From: Octopus vulgaris
Lineage: Eukaryota
Reading direction: 5' to 3'
DNA length: 64,000 nucleotides
NCBI GenBank assembly: GCA_951406725.2
Contig: OX597818.1
Span: 84,754,001 to 84,818,000 of the forward strand
The notes under the pieces were generated by a model, which did no database searches, had not been told where the DNA came from, and saw nothing but the letters and a program-made list of their open reading frames with translations. The translations under genes were made by a program, and so were the position numbers. Positions 12,781 through 25,195 of the stretch are shown here, piece by piece. Positions within the stretch are counted from its first letter, which is position 1, and each line of letters begins with the position of its first letter.

Positions 12781-13385
12781 ATTCCATCTATAGACATTGA
12801 TTTTACTGTGTAGAAATGCATTGATGTAATCTGTGAGAGTGAAGTAGAGTTCCGTGAAATCAACACGAGGGAACTGGGCCTCTCTCTTAGACAAAGCTAC
12901 AACAATGACTGTTTAGACGACCATGACCTCGATAGATTCTGTCCTACAAGGTCGCAGAGGCAAAGACCACTCACCATCACCTCAGCAGTGAAGAAAAGCA
13001 CCGCAGAGCGCTACAGTGGCTGAACAGTACCCACCCAAGACACTGAGAACAAGATTCATGTGAAAGGAATGCTTGCACATGCAATAGGGGCTTGTGTAAG
13101 AACCACCTTGAAAAACCACATAGTAAAGTTTAACAAGAAACTATACTTCCAAATTCAAGGTGCAGTCATTTGTGTCTGGAGATGTGGCCGGTCTCTTCAC
13201 GAACTGGTAGGACAGAAAACTTAATGAATCCTTAGCAGAACAGTCCACGACTCTTCTACTTTATAATACGTATGTAGATGACATTGATATCATAGTTAAG
13301 ACCAACGCTAGTAACGGTAATGTAGAAACTGAGAGGAACATAATGGAAAGCATCCAGCAAATAACTCCATCCACCAAAGTACCAA
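12781..13385 (+). pseudogene. PLE reverse transcriptase fragment, Naiad-like (long insertion between motifs A and B')
   Basis: Manual translation: IPSIDIDFTV*KCIDVICESEVEF...FCPTR...MLAHAIGACVRTTLKNHIVKFNKKLYFQIQG / DVAGLFTNW*DRKL...YNTYVDDIDII. Confidence 0.7.
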
Positions 13386-13807
13386 CGTAACTATAAATTA
13401 GCCCACTAGGCACGCCGGAAATAAACTCCCCGTCCTTAATACTAACCCTAACCCTAATACACGAAGAATGAATAAAACGCCATGCTCCTGTAACAGGTGT
13501 TACATGAATCGAACTGTTGTCGTCCATTCTCATCTTTTTATTGTTTTTATTTACCGCATGTTATACACAACTAATATTACTACTGGAATTGGTGCCGTGG
13601 AGTTCTTGTTATCTTTAAATAATCGCTTTTAATTTTATAAGGAAATGAAGAAATATTATTAATTGATTTAATTAACTGTTTAAACTGATTAATTCATTAA
13701 TCTTCCCAGTGTAAACTAATAGCCAACATGCTGGAAACTACTGATTAATAACCACGATCGACATGACCCAAACCAACTGATATGTGTGTGTGTGTGTATG
13801 TGTGTGT

Positions 13808-13908
<101 letters not shown>

Positions 13909-14269
13909 CTAGATACAAACAAAGATTTACATGGGTATTTTCACATGGGTGAATATGAATTTAAAACTATTCATATTCAAGTATACCTATGATCAAAGAG
14001 GTGCCAACCACGACTATACCTTTCAATCATCTACGACTATATATATATCCAATGTTTTTATCCATTCTTTAAATAATAAGAATGTTTTGAAGAGATTTGA
14101 TTTCTATTTCTAGGAGTGACTACATGGAGGATTATCGTACTTTTTTGTGTTGTTAGTTTTTCTTATCTCTGTTCCTTTCCGGGACAACTCAGCACTAATA
14201 TATCAAAGATGTTCCAACCGTGACCATCTCATCTTTATTTTCAAAACCATTGTATTTGAGATTGCATTA

Positions 14270-14680
14270 TCAACTATAGTCATCATTATTATCGTTGTTG
14301 TTGATTTTTGCTATTGTTGTTCTCTTCGTTTTTCTTGTCAAAATTGTTGTTCTCGTTGTTGTTGCTGCTACTGTTTCTGTTGTTGCTGTTGCCATTTTTT
14401 GTTGTTGTTTACGTCATCGGTTTTGTTATTGGTGTCGTCTTCGTTGTTCGTGTCAACATTATTGTTTTTGTTGTTGTAATAAAAATATTGTTGTTATTGC
14501 CGCTGGGATTGCTGCCGTTGTTGTTGTCGTTGCTGTTGCTATTGTCATTGTTACTGATATTGCTTGTGCAGTTATTGCTGCTGCCGTTGTTTTTATTGTT
14601 GTTGTTGTGGTTGTTGCTCCTCGTGAGGTTGTTGCTGTTCACGTTGTCGTTGTTCTTCTTCTTCTTGCTATTGTTGCGAG
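14270..14680. repeat. Degenerate (TTG)n low-complexity tract
   Basis: GTT/TTG/CTG triplet-rich; its ORFs are Val/Leu low complexity. Confidence 0.85.
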
Positions 14681-16109
14681 TAATTTATATGTTTCAATTA
14701 GTTATAAATTTGAGCAACTATAGCACATGAACAACAAAGATGCACACAGAGACACACACGGACAGACAAACGGACGAAATGTCAGCCAAAATGAGAGAAC
14801 TACAGACAGACAAATCACTGACAGAACACGTGAAGTATGTTCAGAGTCAGACAGACAAACGGACAGCGAGGTCGATAGACGCACGGAGGAACGGACGGAC
14901 GGACGGATGATATAAATGTGAAATAAAGAGGCGGTACAGAAAAGCTGTTGGATACAAAGTGTGTGATAACGTCTCAGAAATGTCAGCCATTACTTTTGAT
15001 AGAAACAATGTAGACGCCATTGCAAGAAGATAACGCTGGAATAAAGACGGGAGGAATGTAGTGAAATAGAGAGAGAGAGAGACAGAAAGAGAGAGAGGGA
15101 GACAGACACAGAGAGAGAGAGAGAGAGAAAGAGGTAGTATCGTAGACAGAAAGACACAGGCATTGAGAAAGAGAGGAATTAGGAAATTGAATGAGAAAAA
15201 TTGTCAGATAGTGAAAGAGAGGTAATAATGAAAATAGAGAGAGATGGAGACAGACAGCAAGAAATTTCGGGTGATATTTGAAGGAAAAATGAAAGGAACA
15301 GAGGCAGAGAGGGTTGAGACTGAGTGAGATAGATAGACAGACAGAAAGACAGATTGATGTATAGATACAAAATTGATAGATTGATCGATAGATACTTAGG
15401 TGGGTAGACAGATAGAATTACAGATACACAGATAGATGGATGGATGCATATATAAATTGATAGATTGATCGATTGATCGATAGAGAGAGAGAGAGATAAA
15501 CATATAGATAGACATATAAAGATTGAAACACACAGCAAAAGGAAAGTGCGTTTATGAGAGAAAAAAAGAAAAGACCGAGAGAGAGAAGGAGTAAAGAATG
15601 AGAGAAGCAGACAGACAGATAATGAAAGGGAGGTAGATATACGGATAGAGAGCGATAGCGATAGACAAAGATCAACATAACAGAAACAGACAGATAGACA
15701 GCCAAAGGAAAGGATGATATTAGAGAAAGAAAAAAGAGACAAACAGAAACAGAGAAGGGGAGATAGAATTAGAAGAGGGGTTTACGAATGGCTGCTGTTA
15801 GACATCAAAGCTTTGGCTAGTATTTAAAACACTTGCCAACTCGCGGGCATTTGGAATTGCGCCAAATATCAATCCACCATCGCTAACACCATCGCCATCA
15901 CTGTAATCATCTTCTAATTTGCACGTTCACCATCACACGCGCCGCTGACGACGCCGACGCCACTACTACTGCTGCTGCTGCTGCTCTAGTTGTACATTAT
16001 TAGTTTCATTAATTCTTCACTTTGTTCATTCCATTTAAGTTTTAGCCATTACACCAAACTTCATTTACGTAGATACACATAAGCGTAAAAATGTCTGTAT
16101 ATACGCACA

Positions 16110-16150
<41 letters not shown>

Positions 16151-16274
16151 AGGCTGGGTGGTTAGGAAACTCGCTTTGCAACCAAGTGGTTTCGAGATCA
16201 GTTCAACTGCGCGGCAGCCCGGGCAGAACAAATTTTTCTGAGTGGATATGGTGAACGGAAACTGAAGAAGCCTG

Positions 16275-16325
<51 letters not shown>

Positions 16326-16829
16326 CGTGCGTGTATACATATTTATATATATATATAATTCATATGACAAGGGCACACGAATGTGCCTGCCTGTTAGACA
16401 TAAGAGCAAAATCCCTCATTAAACCACCAATAATAACACTGAAAATAACAACAGTAAACAAAAGTATTCGGAGAAATGGATCGAGAAAGTCTTTCACATA
16501 CCCATATAGCAGAATGCTATATAATTCTTGGTATTATATACATGTCGACCGGTTTCTGGTTTAACATAAATCCTACCTTCATCACATGTCAACCATTTGA
16601 AAAATCTTCCCAACCCGCTACATTGAAATCTGTTGGCCCTCTGAATTGTTTTGCGCCAAATCAGAGCAGCTTCAATTGTATGGTTATATAATGCTAATTT
16701 AGGCCTGCAACCATTCATATTAGTATTGCTGTTATTATTAATTATTTATATTGCCATTGCTCTTGATAATAATAACAATTATATTATCTGTATAAATATT
16801 CACTCCTGAATATTTGTTCCGTATTGAAA

Positions 16830-16882
<53 letters not shown>

Positions 16883-16916
16883 CTTTACATATATGCATGC
16901 ATAAATATATACATAC

Positions 16917-16967
<51 letters not shown>

Positions 16968-17739
16968 CATACATACATACATACATACATACATACATAC
17001 ATACATACATACATACATACATACATGCATATCTGCATGGGCAGTAGAAGTATGTCCTAGATATATATATGTATAAGGCTGATTTTTAAGGCCGGTCAGA
17101 GAGTGACTATTGGTTTCGCACCTCACCTATAAAGCGTTTAGCTGTGTAGGCGACGCTTCAGGCCCAATTGGCCGGAGACATATAACTTTTATATGATGCG
17201 TTCCAACCGTATCCATCCAGCCCTCTGTAAGAATGTCTACAACAGCTAAGTACATTATCTAATTCATCCATTCTGATTCTGAAGCTGTTAGGGTGTGCAT
17301 TGAGGATTATGTCTTGATCACACTATGGAGCTCTATACGATAGATCACGTGCTAGAGCAGACACCAAGGCATCTTTAGCCTTTTGTTAAGTGGAATTGTA
17401 GTTGAACTGAAAGAGGGGTTCCATGAAGCAGTATTAGCAATTTTCCCAATTACCTATCAGCGTGAGGGAAACCATTGCTTTGCCGCACGACAGGCGAGAA
17501 AAAACAACCAAATCTCTTCGAAATAAGACATAGTATTGCCACATGGATAATGTTTTCCTAGTTACACTATGTTTGGGAAAAAGAGACGGAATGGAATTGC
17601 AGGAATGGTTTGTTTTCTGTTGAGCTTTTTGTGGTGGTGTTGGGGGCGGATTCTGCTCGAAGTGGGCTAGCCTGAGGGTAAACACCAATAAGGTTAATGC
17701 AGAAAAGATAGCCATGAAGCGTCACGTCAAGAAAATCTA

Positions 17740-19035
17740 AAGAAAATAACAATAACACTATAATAACTACGATTAGAACAACATTTACAGCATCAGTAAT
17801 ACAGAAAACAATTATATCATGAAGAATATTAGCGACAACAAGATTAGCAACGGCACCAGAGGAACCGACAAGAACAGTAGCAACAAGAAAAGTAACAACA
17901 ACGACATAAGCGGTGACATTAGAAACGACATTAGCAGCAATATTAGCAATAACAACAGCAGCAGCACCAACAACAACATTAGCGACAAGAAAACTAGCAA
18001 CAATGCCAATGGGAACAACAACGACATTAGCAGAAACATTAGAAATAAGAGCAACAATATTAGCAATAATAACAGCAGCAGCACCAATAACAGCATTAGC
18101 AACAAGAAATGTTGCGACAGAAATGTTAGCAACAGCGGCATTAACCGTAACGTTAGAAACAACAGCAAGAATATTAGCAATAACGACAGCAGCAGTACCG
18201 ACAACAACATTAGCAACCAGAACGGTAGCAACAAGAACAGTAGCAACAAGAAAAGTAGCAACAACAACATTAGCAGTAACATTAGAAATAACAGTAACAA
18301 TATTAGCAATAACAACAGCACCACCACCAACAACAACATTAGCAACAAGAAAAGTTGCGACAACAGCGTTAGCAACAACGGTATTAAGAGTAGCGTTAGA
18401 AACAACAGCAACAATATTAGCAATAACAATAGCAATAGCACCATTGACAAGAACATTAGCAACAAGGACATTAGCAACAAGAAAAGTTGCAGCAATGCCA
18501 TGTGTAGCAATAACAGTTGCACTACAAACAACAATAGCAGCAAGAGCAGTAGTACCAACACCAATAACAACAACAACGTTAGAAATAATAACAAAAGCAA
18601 TTATGAACCAACAAGGATGCTTCTACGTAGTAACATACCCTGCTCAAAATAGCCGCTAACATAATCCTCAATGCACACCGTAACAGCTTCAGAATCAGAA
18701 TGGATTAATTAGATAATGTACTTTGCTGTTGTAGACATTCGTACCGAGGGCGGGATGGGTACGGTTGGAACGCATCGTAAATTTGCACGATCGGGATGGC
18801 CTGGAGCTAAACAATAATAATAATAACAACAGCCACCAGACGCCGCAACAACAATTAAAACATCGATACATGAACAAGTATTCAAACTGACCTAGAGCTA
18901 CGCAACAACATCAACAACAACGCCAACAACAATAACAGCAAGAAAAACAACAACAATAACGATAGCAACCGCAACAGCAGCAAGAACAGCAGTTACTGCA
19001 CCACCACAAACAACAACAACAACAATAACAAGCTA
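17740..19035. repeat. (AAC/AGC)-rich tract with a higher-order ~114-129 bp minisatellite
   Basis: Unit CRTTAGAAA...AATATTAGCAATAAC...CATTAGC begins at about 17917, 18037, 18151, 18280 and 18394. Confidence 0.8.
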
Positions 19036-19139
19036 ACATAGCTCTCTTCAGCTAATCTGTATAAAGGAAAAAAAAACAGTATCAAGTTTTATTTTTTCAT
19101 TATTATTTTCTCCTTAGTCTAGCCATATTGATTTGTCTC

Positions 19140-20084
19140 TCGAGACTGATCATTATTACCATCATCATCATCTTTATCATCATCATCATCATCATCGTTG
19201 TCGTCTTCGTCGTCCTCATCGTCCTCATCATCAATATCATCATCATCGTCGTCTTCATCATTATCTTCATCGTCGCCACCGCTACCGCCATTATCTTCCA
19301 TTTAGACGATTGTCGTCATCCTTACCATCATCATCACAATTAGCCTAATTACTGACGTTATCATTTCCGCCAACAAACCACTAACCTCTTTACCAAAATC
19401 ATAATCATTAACCTCAACATCATCATCATCATCATCACCATCGTCATCATCGTCATCATCATCATCATCGTCATCATCTCCAAAACCAATTAACCACCAC
19501 CATCACCACTAACGCGACCACAATCATCATCATTAATGTCACCATCTTGACTACAGGAATCATCACCATCATCATCCTTACCAACAGCAGTACACCAATC
19601 ATCATCATCGTCGTCATCATCATCGTCGTCATCATCATCATCCTCATCATCATCACCACCAACACCATCATCATCATCATCATCATCACCACCACCATCA
19701 TCTATGTCATAGTCATCATCATTATTATCATCGTCTTCATCATCATCATCATCATCAACACCACCACCACCACCACCTTCTCCGCCACCTCTATCGCCAC
19801 CACGAGCATAATTATTATCATCATCGTCATGTTCGTTGCCTTTATCATCGCCTGCATCCTCATTGTCATCGTCATCATCGTCACCATCACCGTCATTTTC
19901 ATTGGCAGTACAATCATCACTGCCCTTATCCTCAATATCACGACCATCATGATTACTATAACCATCACTATTACTCCCCTTGCAACCATCTTCATCACCC
20001 CTCAAATCACCTTCAAATTGATCTTCATCATCATCATCATCGTCATCATCACCATCACCATCATCATCATCACCATCATCACCC

Positions 20085-20136
<52 letters not shown>

Positions 20137-20292
20137 AATTATCATCATCATTATCACCATCATCATCATCACCATTATCACCATCATCATCATCATCATT
20201 ATCACCATCATCATCACCATCATCGTCGTCGTCGTCGTCGTCTTCCTCCTCCTCCTCCTTCTCCATCTCCTCCTCATCATTATCATCATAGT
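19140..20292. repeat. Degenerate (CAT)n/(CAC)n tract
   Basis: About 1.1 kb of ATC-triplet repeats. Confidence 0.9.
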
Positions 20293-20371
20293 ATAATGCA
20301 TTCAGTCTCTCTTTACTAGACTGAGGTAATTAAAACATTTAAATATTTGAAAACTGAGATATATGAATTAT

Positions 20372-20688
20372 AGACACACTTCAACTTACGTCGATAATTG
20401 GTTCCAGAACATGCGACTTAACTCGGAAAAACGTCGAAACATGAAAAAAAACATTTCTTTAATAATTTATTAGCTTATATTTGTTTTAATAAATGGTTTG
20501 TTACATATTTTTGTATGTATTTTAATTGATTTCCCATTTCGATATTAGTTATTAAATGTTTTATTTTTATTTCTATAAAATAAATCAAATAAATCGACTG
20601 ACATTGAGATTTATTATTTGCTTTAATTTCTTTTAAAAAATGAATATCGAAAAAGACGTAAGTTGAACCGACTTATGTCGAAGTATCT
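20372..20688. mobile_element. Tigger/pogo-like MITE relic
   Basis: CACTTCAACTTACGTCG ... GACGTAAGTTGAA-CCGACTTATGTCGAAGTA: imperfect TIRs with reiterated subterminal motif. Confidence 0.5.
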
Positions 20689-20694
20689 TTCTTT

Positions 20695-20910
20695 CGTTTT
20701 TTATTTGCTTCAGTCATTAGACTGCGGCCATGCCAGGGCGCCACACTGAATTTTTAGTCGAATGAACCGACCCTAAGTATTTATTATTTTAAGCCTGGTA
20801 ATTATTCTACCGGACAAATTTGTTCAAACCACTAAGTTATAGGGATGCAAACACAATAACACCGATTTTCAAGTGGTGGAGATAGGGACAAACACAGACA
20901 GAAACACACA
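20695..20910 (-). mobile_element. SINE family A, 3' half
   Basis: TTCAGTCATTAGACTGCGGCCATGCCAGGGCGCC...ACTAAGTTATAGGGATGCAAAC. Confidence 0.7.
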
Positions 20911-20953
20911 CGCAAACATACACATATATATGTATAAGTGTATACATATATAA

Positions 20954-21026
<73 letters not shown>

Positions 21027-21028
<2 letters not shown>

Positions 21029-22319
21029 TGAGAAAGTTGGTGTGTGAAAGCACGTGGTTGAATATATAGAAAATAGTAAAAAGTGAAAAAAACTACAGAA
21101 GGCTTGTTTTAAAAGGTTAAAAAAATATATATTTGAGTCATGTCTGAAGAATGTTATAAATTTTTTCATACAATGACATAGTTTTTGAAGAAAGAACGGT
21201 TTCGCGTTCAGCTTTTCAAATTTCTTACATCGTTATGTTTACGTTGAGGAGTGTGAAGGAGAGTGAAAGAGAGTTCCAGATAAGGGGAGGTAATAAGTGA
21301 TTTCTTCCGGTGTAAGGGAGATAATCGCTTAATATTTCTTGCCTTTCTGTTGGAGTGAGTTTCTCTGTATAAGAATGTTGGAATGGTTAAGTTTGGGCTT
21401 GTATTTTTCAATGAAGAATGTTTCCTTGTTTAGTCTAATTTGTGTTGGTGTTCCGATAGCACATTGGTAAAATAGAAAGATTAAAAGTTGTGGTAGTAGT
21501 TGCTTTGCGCATTTCTCAATGAGCTCACTAAAGGGTCAAACAACCTAAATCACTTAAAAAGATTCTCACAAAGGCAAAATTGTTTTCTGAAATTACGGAT
21601 GCAAAAGTAAAAAGATGTGGTAGACCGAACTGTGCAACATGTCCAAACCTGCTAGAAGGATCAGAATTCCTCTTCAAAGAGGGACAGAAATTCAAGATCA
21701 AATCTAATTTTACTTGTACCTCTGAAAACATAATTTATGTCATGAAATGCTCGGGCTGCCACCAAAACTACGTGGGGTCCACTGGACTATCACTCAGACG
21801 TAGATGTACACTGCATCGACAACAGATTGCATTCCCAGAATACAGAATGATACCCTTTAGTGAGCACATTGAGAAATGCGCAAAGCAACTACTACCACAC
21901 ATTTTAATCTTTCCGTTTTACCAATGTGCTATCGGAACACAAACACAAATTAGACTAAACAAGGAAACATTCTTCATTGAAAAATACAAGCCCAAACTTA
22001 ACCATTCCAACATTCTTATACAGAGAAACTCACTCCAACAGAAAGGCAAGGAATATTAAGCGATTATATCCCTTACACCGGAAGAAATCACTTATTACCT
22101 CCCCTTATCTGGAACTCTCTTTCACTCTCCTTCACACTTCTCAACGTAAACATAACGATGTAAGAAATTTTAAAAGCTGAACGCGAAACCGGTCTTTCTT
22201 CAAAAACTATGTCATTGTATGAAAAAAATTTATAACATTCTTCAGACATAATGACTCAAATATATATTTTTTAACCTTTTAAAACAAGCCTTCTGTAGTT
22301 TTTTCACTTTTTACTATTT

Positions 22320-22322
<3 letters not shown>
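21027..22322 (+). mobile_element. 5'-truncated Penelope-like element (Neptune/Nematis-like) with inverted pseudo-LTR and tail
   Basis: 21068-21536 is the reverse complement of 21852-22322; tail 21027-21067; flanked by (TA)n and (CT)n(TA)n. Confidence 0.9.
21538..22059 (+). CDS. PLE C-terminal GIY-YIG endonuclease (truncated ORF)
   Basis: KQPKSLKKILTKAK linker, CGRPNCATC Cys cluster, NIIYVMKCSGCHQNYVGST (GIY-YIG with CxxC), RxxxH and SEH histidines, E..FI..YKPKLN. Confidence 0.9.
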   Translation, partial: KQPKSLKKILTKAKLFSEITDAKVKRCGRPNCATCPNLLEGSEFLFKEGQKFKIKSNFTCTSENIIYVMKCSGCHQNYVGSTGLSLRRRCTLHRQQIAFPEYRMIPFSEHIEKCAKQLLPHILIFPFYQCAIGTQTQIRLNKETFFIEKYKPKLNHSNILIQRNSLQQKGKEY

Positions 22323-22387
<65 letters not shown>

Positions 22388-22391
<4 letters not shown>

Positions 22392-23614
22392 GTCATCCCA
22401 TAAGTTCTGTCTGAATTTTGAATAAAGAAAACAAGTGATCAAATGTTATATTTAATTGAAATTTAATTAGCAATGTACTTTCCCTCATTATCTATTACTT
22501 CCTTCCATCTACTTAAAACCTTTTTAATCCCATCGATGTAAAACTCTTTTGGTTTCAAAGCGAAGAACTCTGAAATGTCAGTTTTGACCTCCTCCAGGCT
22601 TGCGAAAGTTACGTCCCCCAAATGATTCTGTAAACTACGAAACAAATAATAGTCTGAAGGAGTAAGGTCGGAGAATAAGGTGGATGAGGAATTTTTTCCC
22701 AACCACGCTCTTCCATCTTCTGTGATGTGATCTTTATAGTGTGAGGTCGCGCATTTTCCTGATGAAACATCACTCCTTTTCGATTCACTAAAGCGTTTTT
22801 TTTTTCCCCCAAAGCTTGGTTCAAGCGCTCTAATTGCTGACAGTAGACTTGAGCATTGATTATTGCATTAGGTGGTAACAATTCAAAGTGAATTACTCTT
22901 TTGCGATCCCATGGAAAGAAGAACCTTTTTTCCATGAAGTTCCCTTCTTGGTTGTGGTTTAGCTTTTTCCCTTTTACCAAGCCACTGTTTACGACGTTTA
23001 ACATTTCGATAGAATATCTATTTTTCGTCACCAGTCACAAGTCTATCCAAAATGGGTGAAATGAGCTAGTGAGAATGGAGAGAAGAGCAGATTTCAACTC
23101 AGGATTTGCGGTTGCGTTCGGACAATTCATGAGGCACCCATTTTCCAAGTTTAGGAACCTTTCCAAGTTGTTGAAGATGACGATGAAGAGTTGTATGGTT
23201 TAAATTAAGCTTTATTGCCAACTCTTCTACTGATAATGCAGGATCTTCTTCAAGTGATGCTCAAGGAGCTTCTCATCAAACTCAACTTCGATCTTCATCT
23301 TCAAGGCTGAAATCTCCACTTCTGAATTTTGGAAACCATCTTCAGCAAGTTCTTTCATTCAAGTATTCTTTCCCATAAACTGAATATATGTTTGGAGTCG
23401 CTTCGGCTGCAGAGTTTCCTTTTTTGTACACATAAAGCATTATGTGCCTCAAATGCTCTTTGGATACTTCCAGGTTAGAATAATATTTAATTAGTTTAAA
23501 TACACACAACTGCATAAAAATAATCTTTAATTCCATTAGACATTCTAACATACTATTAAATTTCATTCAATTTTAAAAACGGTAAAATCGGACAGAACTT
23601 ATGAGGTGACCTGA
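22388..23614 (-). mobile_element. Full-length decayed mariner transposon
   Basis: TIRs TCAGGTCATCCCATAAGTTCTGTC / GACAGAACTTATGAGGTGACCTGA with TA flanks; HLRHIMLY, WVPHEL, VTGDEK, FHQENARPH, HPPYSP..PSDYYLF motifs with frameshifts. Confidence 0.95.
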
Positions 23615-24999
23615 TATATATATGTGTGTGTGTGTGCGCGCGCGCATGTGTGTGTGTGTATGCTTGTGTGTGAGTCGTAATTTTTAACAGCAGTGTGACC
23701 TTCCCCTCGACCCCATCCTCTCACCCCATTGTGCTGCTGCTGTCCTAAGACCCGAGACCCTACCATTAATCAAAGTTTACCTGGTCAGAGATGAAGCGGT
23801 GCTTAAAAATATTAGCATCATTTCACCACATTCCATGACAATCCAATCCTTTGTCTCTTTCTAATACTTTTTCCGTAATACAAGCATCTGTGTGGAGCCT
23901 AGTTATTTTCGTTCGCTTGCATTCTAAATGAGTAAATCGCTTTGTACATACGACTTATCAGAGAACCATGCTCTATTGTAAGAAGATGGCCTACTGTAGA
24001 AAGCTGGTCTATGAAAATTCGCTTCTATCACAAAACTATGATTTTTCGTTCGCCAATGTTTATTGAGACGATGTTATGATTCCATATCTCGTTGCAAATA
24101 AGGTGTTTTTATCGTTTGGCCCTGACCAGCAAACAATTTCTTCGCTGAAAGTATAAGCAAGCCAGCAGTTTTGTCAAGGCTCAGAGTTCTGGCAACTGTT
24201 GGATGACGAAGTACAACATGTCGAAACACTGGTGTCCAAGAATGCCGTGCCCCCAACGAGCCGAGTGTACTGAACACACTGATATCGTAAATAGGAGGAG
24301 TTGTTCTCCTATGATATACACTACAGCGACCAGCATATTTTCCGTCTGAACTTACCTAGGCTTGTTAAGAATAAATATGTGAATAATGGCTTATTATGAT
24401 ACAACTGCAGGTCAATGCCTGGTGGCCTGTAACGAGACGATGGTTATGACAGGATGTCATTCAGTCACATTGTGAATTAAACACACTACAGCAAACCAAA
24501 GAAGCAGTCTTCTTAGTGCGCCTACTACACAGTGATAAATCATATTACATTTCATCGTATAATTCAATACTTAGTGAATTATATGCTAGATCGCAATATG
24601 AACTCGGCTTTTGAGAGTGGAAACTAACTACTACGAACCACCACCAGCTCGTTTGCCTTTCGGCTAATAATCGATTCTTACCGTTTTACAATAACTTTAT
24701 ACTATAGTGCAATATTATATATCTATGCTACTAACCTACACAGACTTTTATTGAAACAAAAGAACTGTACACTGAAGCGTTCAAATCAGAAACAAGCCGT
24801 TAAATCTCGTGTAACTGTTCCATAAAACTATTAACGGTAACAGCTACCGTTAATAACTACAATAGCAATGAAAATAGTAACAAGTGTAGCGACAGCAATG
24901 ATTAAAAGACGCACGCACACACACACAACACATACACACATACTCACAACACACACATACACACACGGTAGCAACAACAACAGCTGTTTCAATTTTTGA

Positions 25000-25195
25000 T
25001 TACGAGGTCAGCAATTTTAAAGAAACGGTATTGTTAAATACATCAACCTCAGTGCTCAACTTGTTTTATTGACCCCCAAAAGGAAGGAAGATAAAGTGAA
25101 GCTCAGCGGAATTTGAACTAGGAGAGTAAAGATGGGCGAAATGCCACTAAGCATTTTGTTCACCGTGCTAATGACTCTGTCAGCTCATCGCCTTA
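25000..25195 (-). mobile_element. SINE family B, degenerate
   Basis: Minus strand AAGGCGATGAGCTGACAGAGTCATTAGCAC...AAATGCTTAGTGGCATTTCG...GTTCAAATTCCGCTGAG. Confidence 0.7.

Noticed and set aside
13021-13023. In-frame TGA as selenocysteine, as in some Naiad PLEs
   Set aside because: The fragment also has TAG stops and frameshifts; TGG-to-TGA decay is simpler and no SECIS was seen
19474-20301. Poly-Asp, poly-Ile and poly-Met ORFs resembling acidic biomineralisation proteins
   Set aside because: (CAT)n repeats lack stops in several frames; no signal peptide or splice evidence
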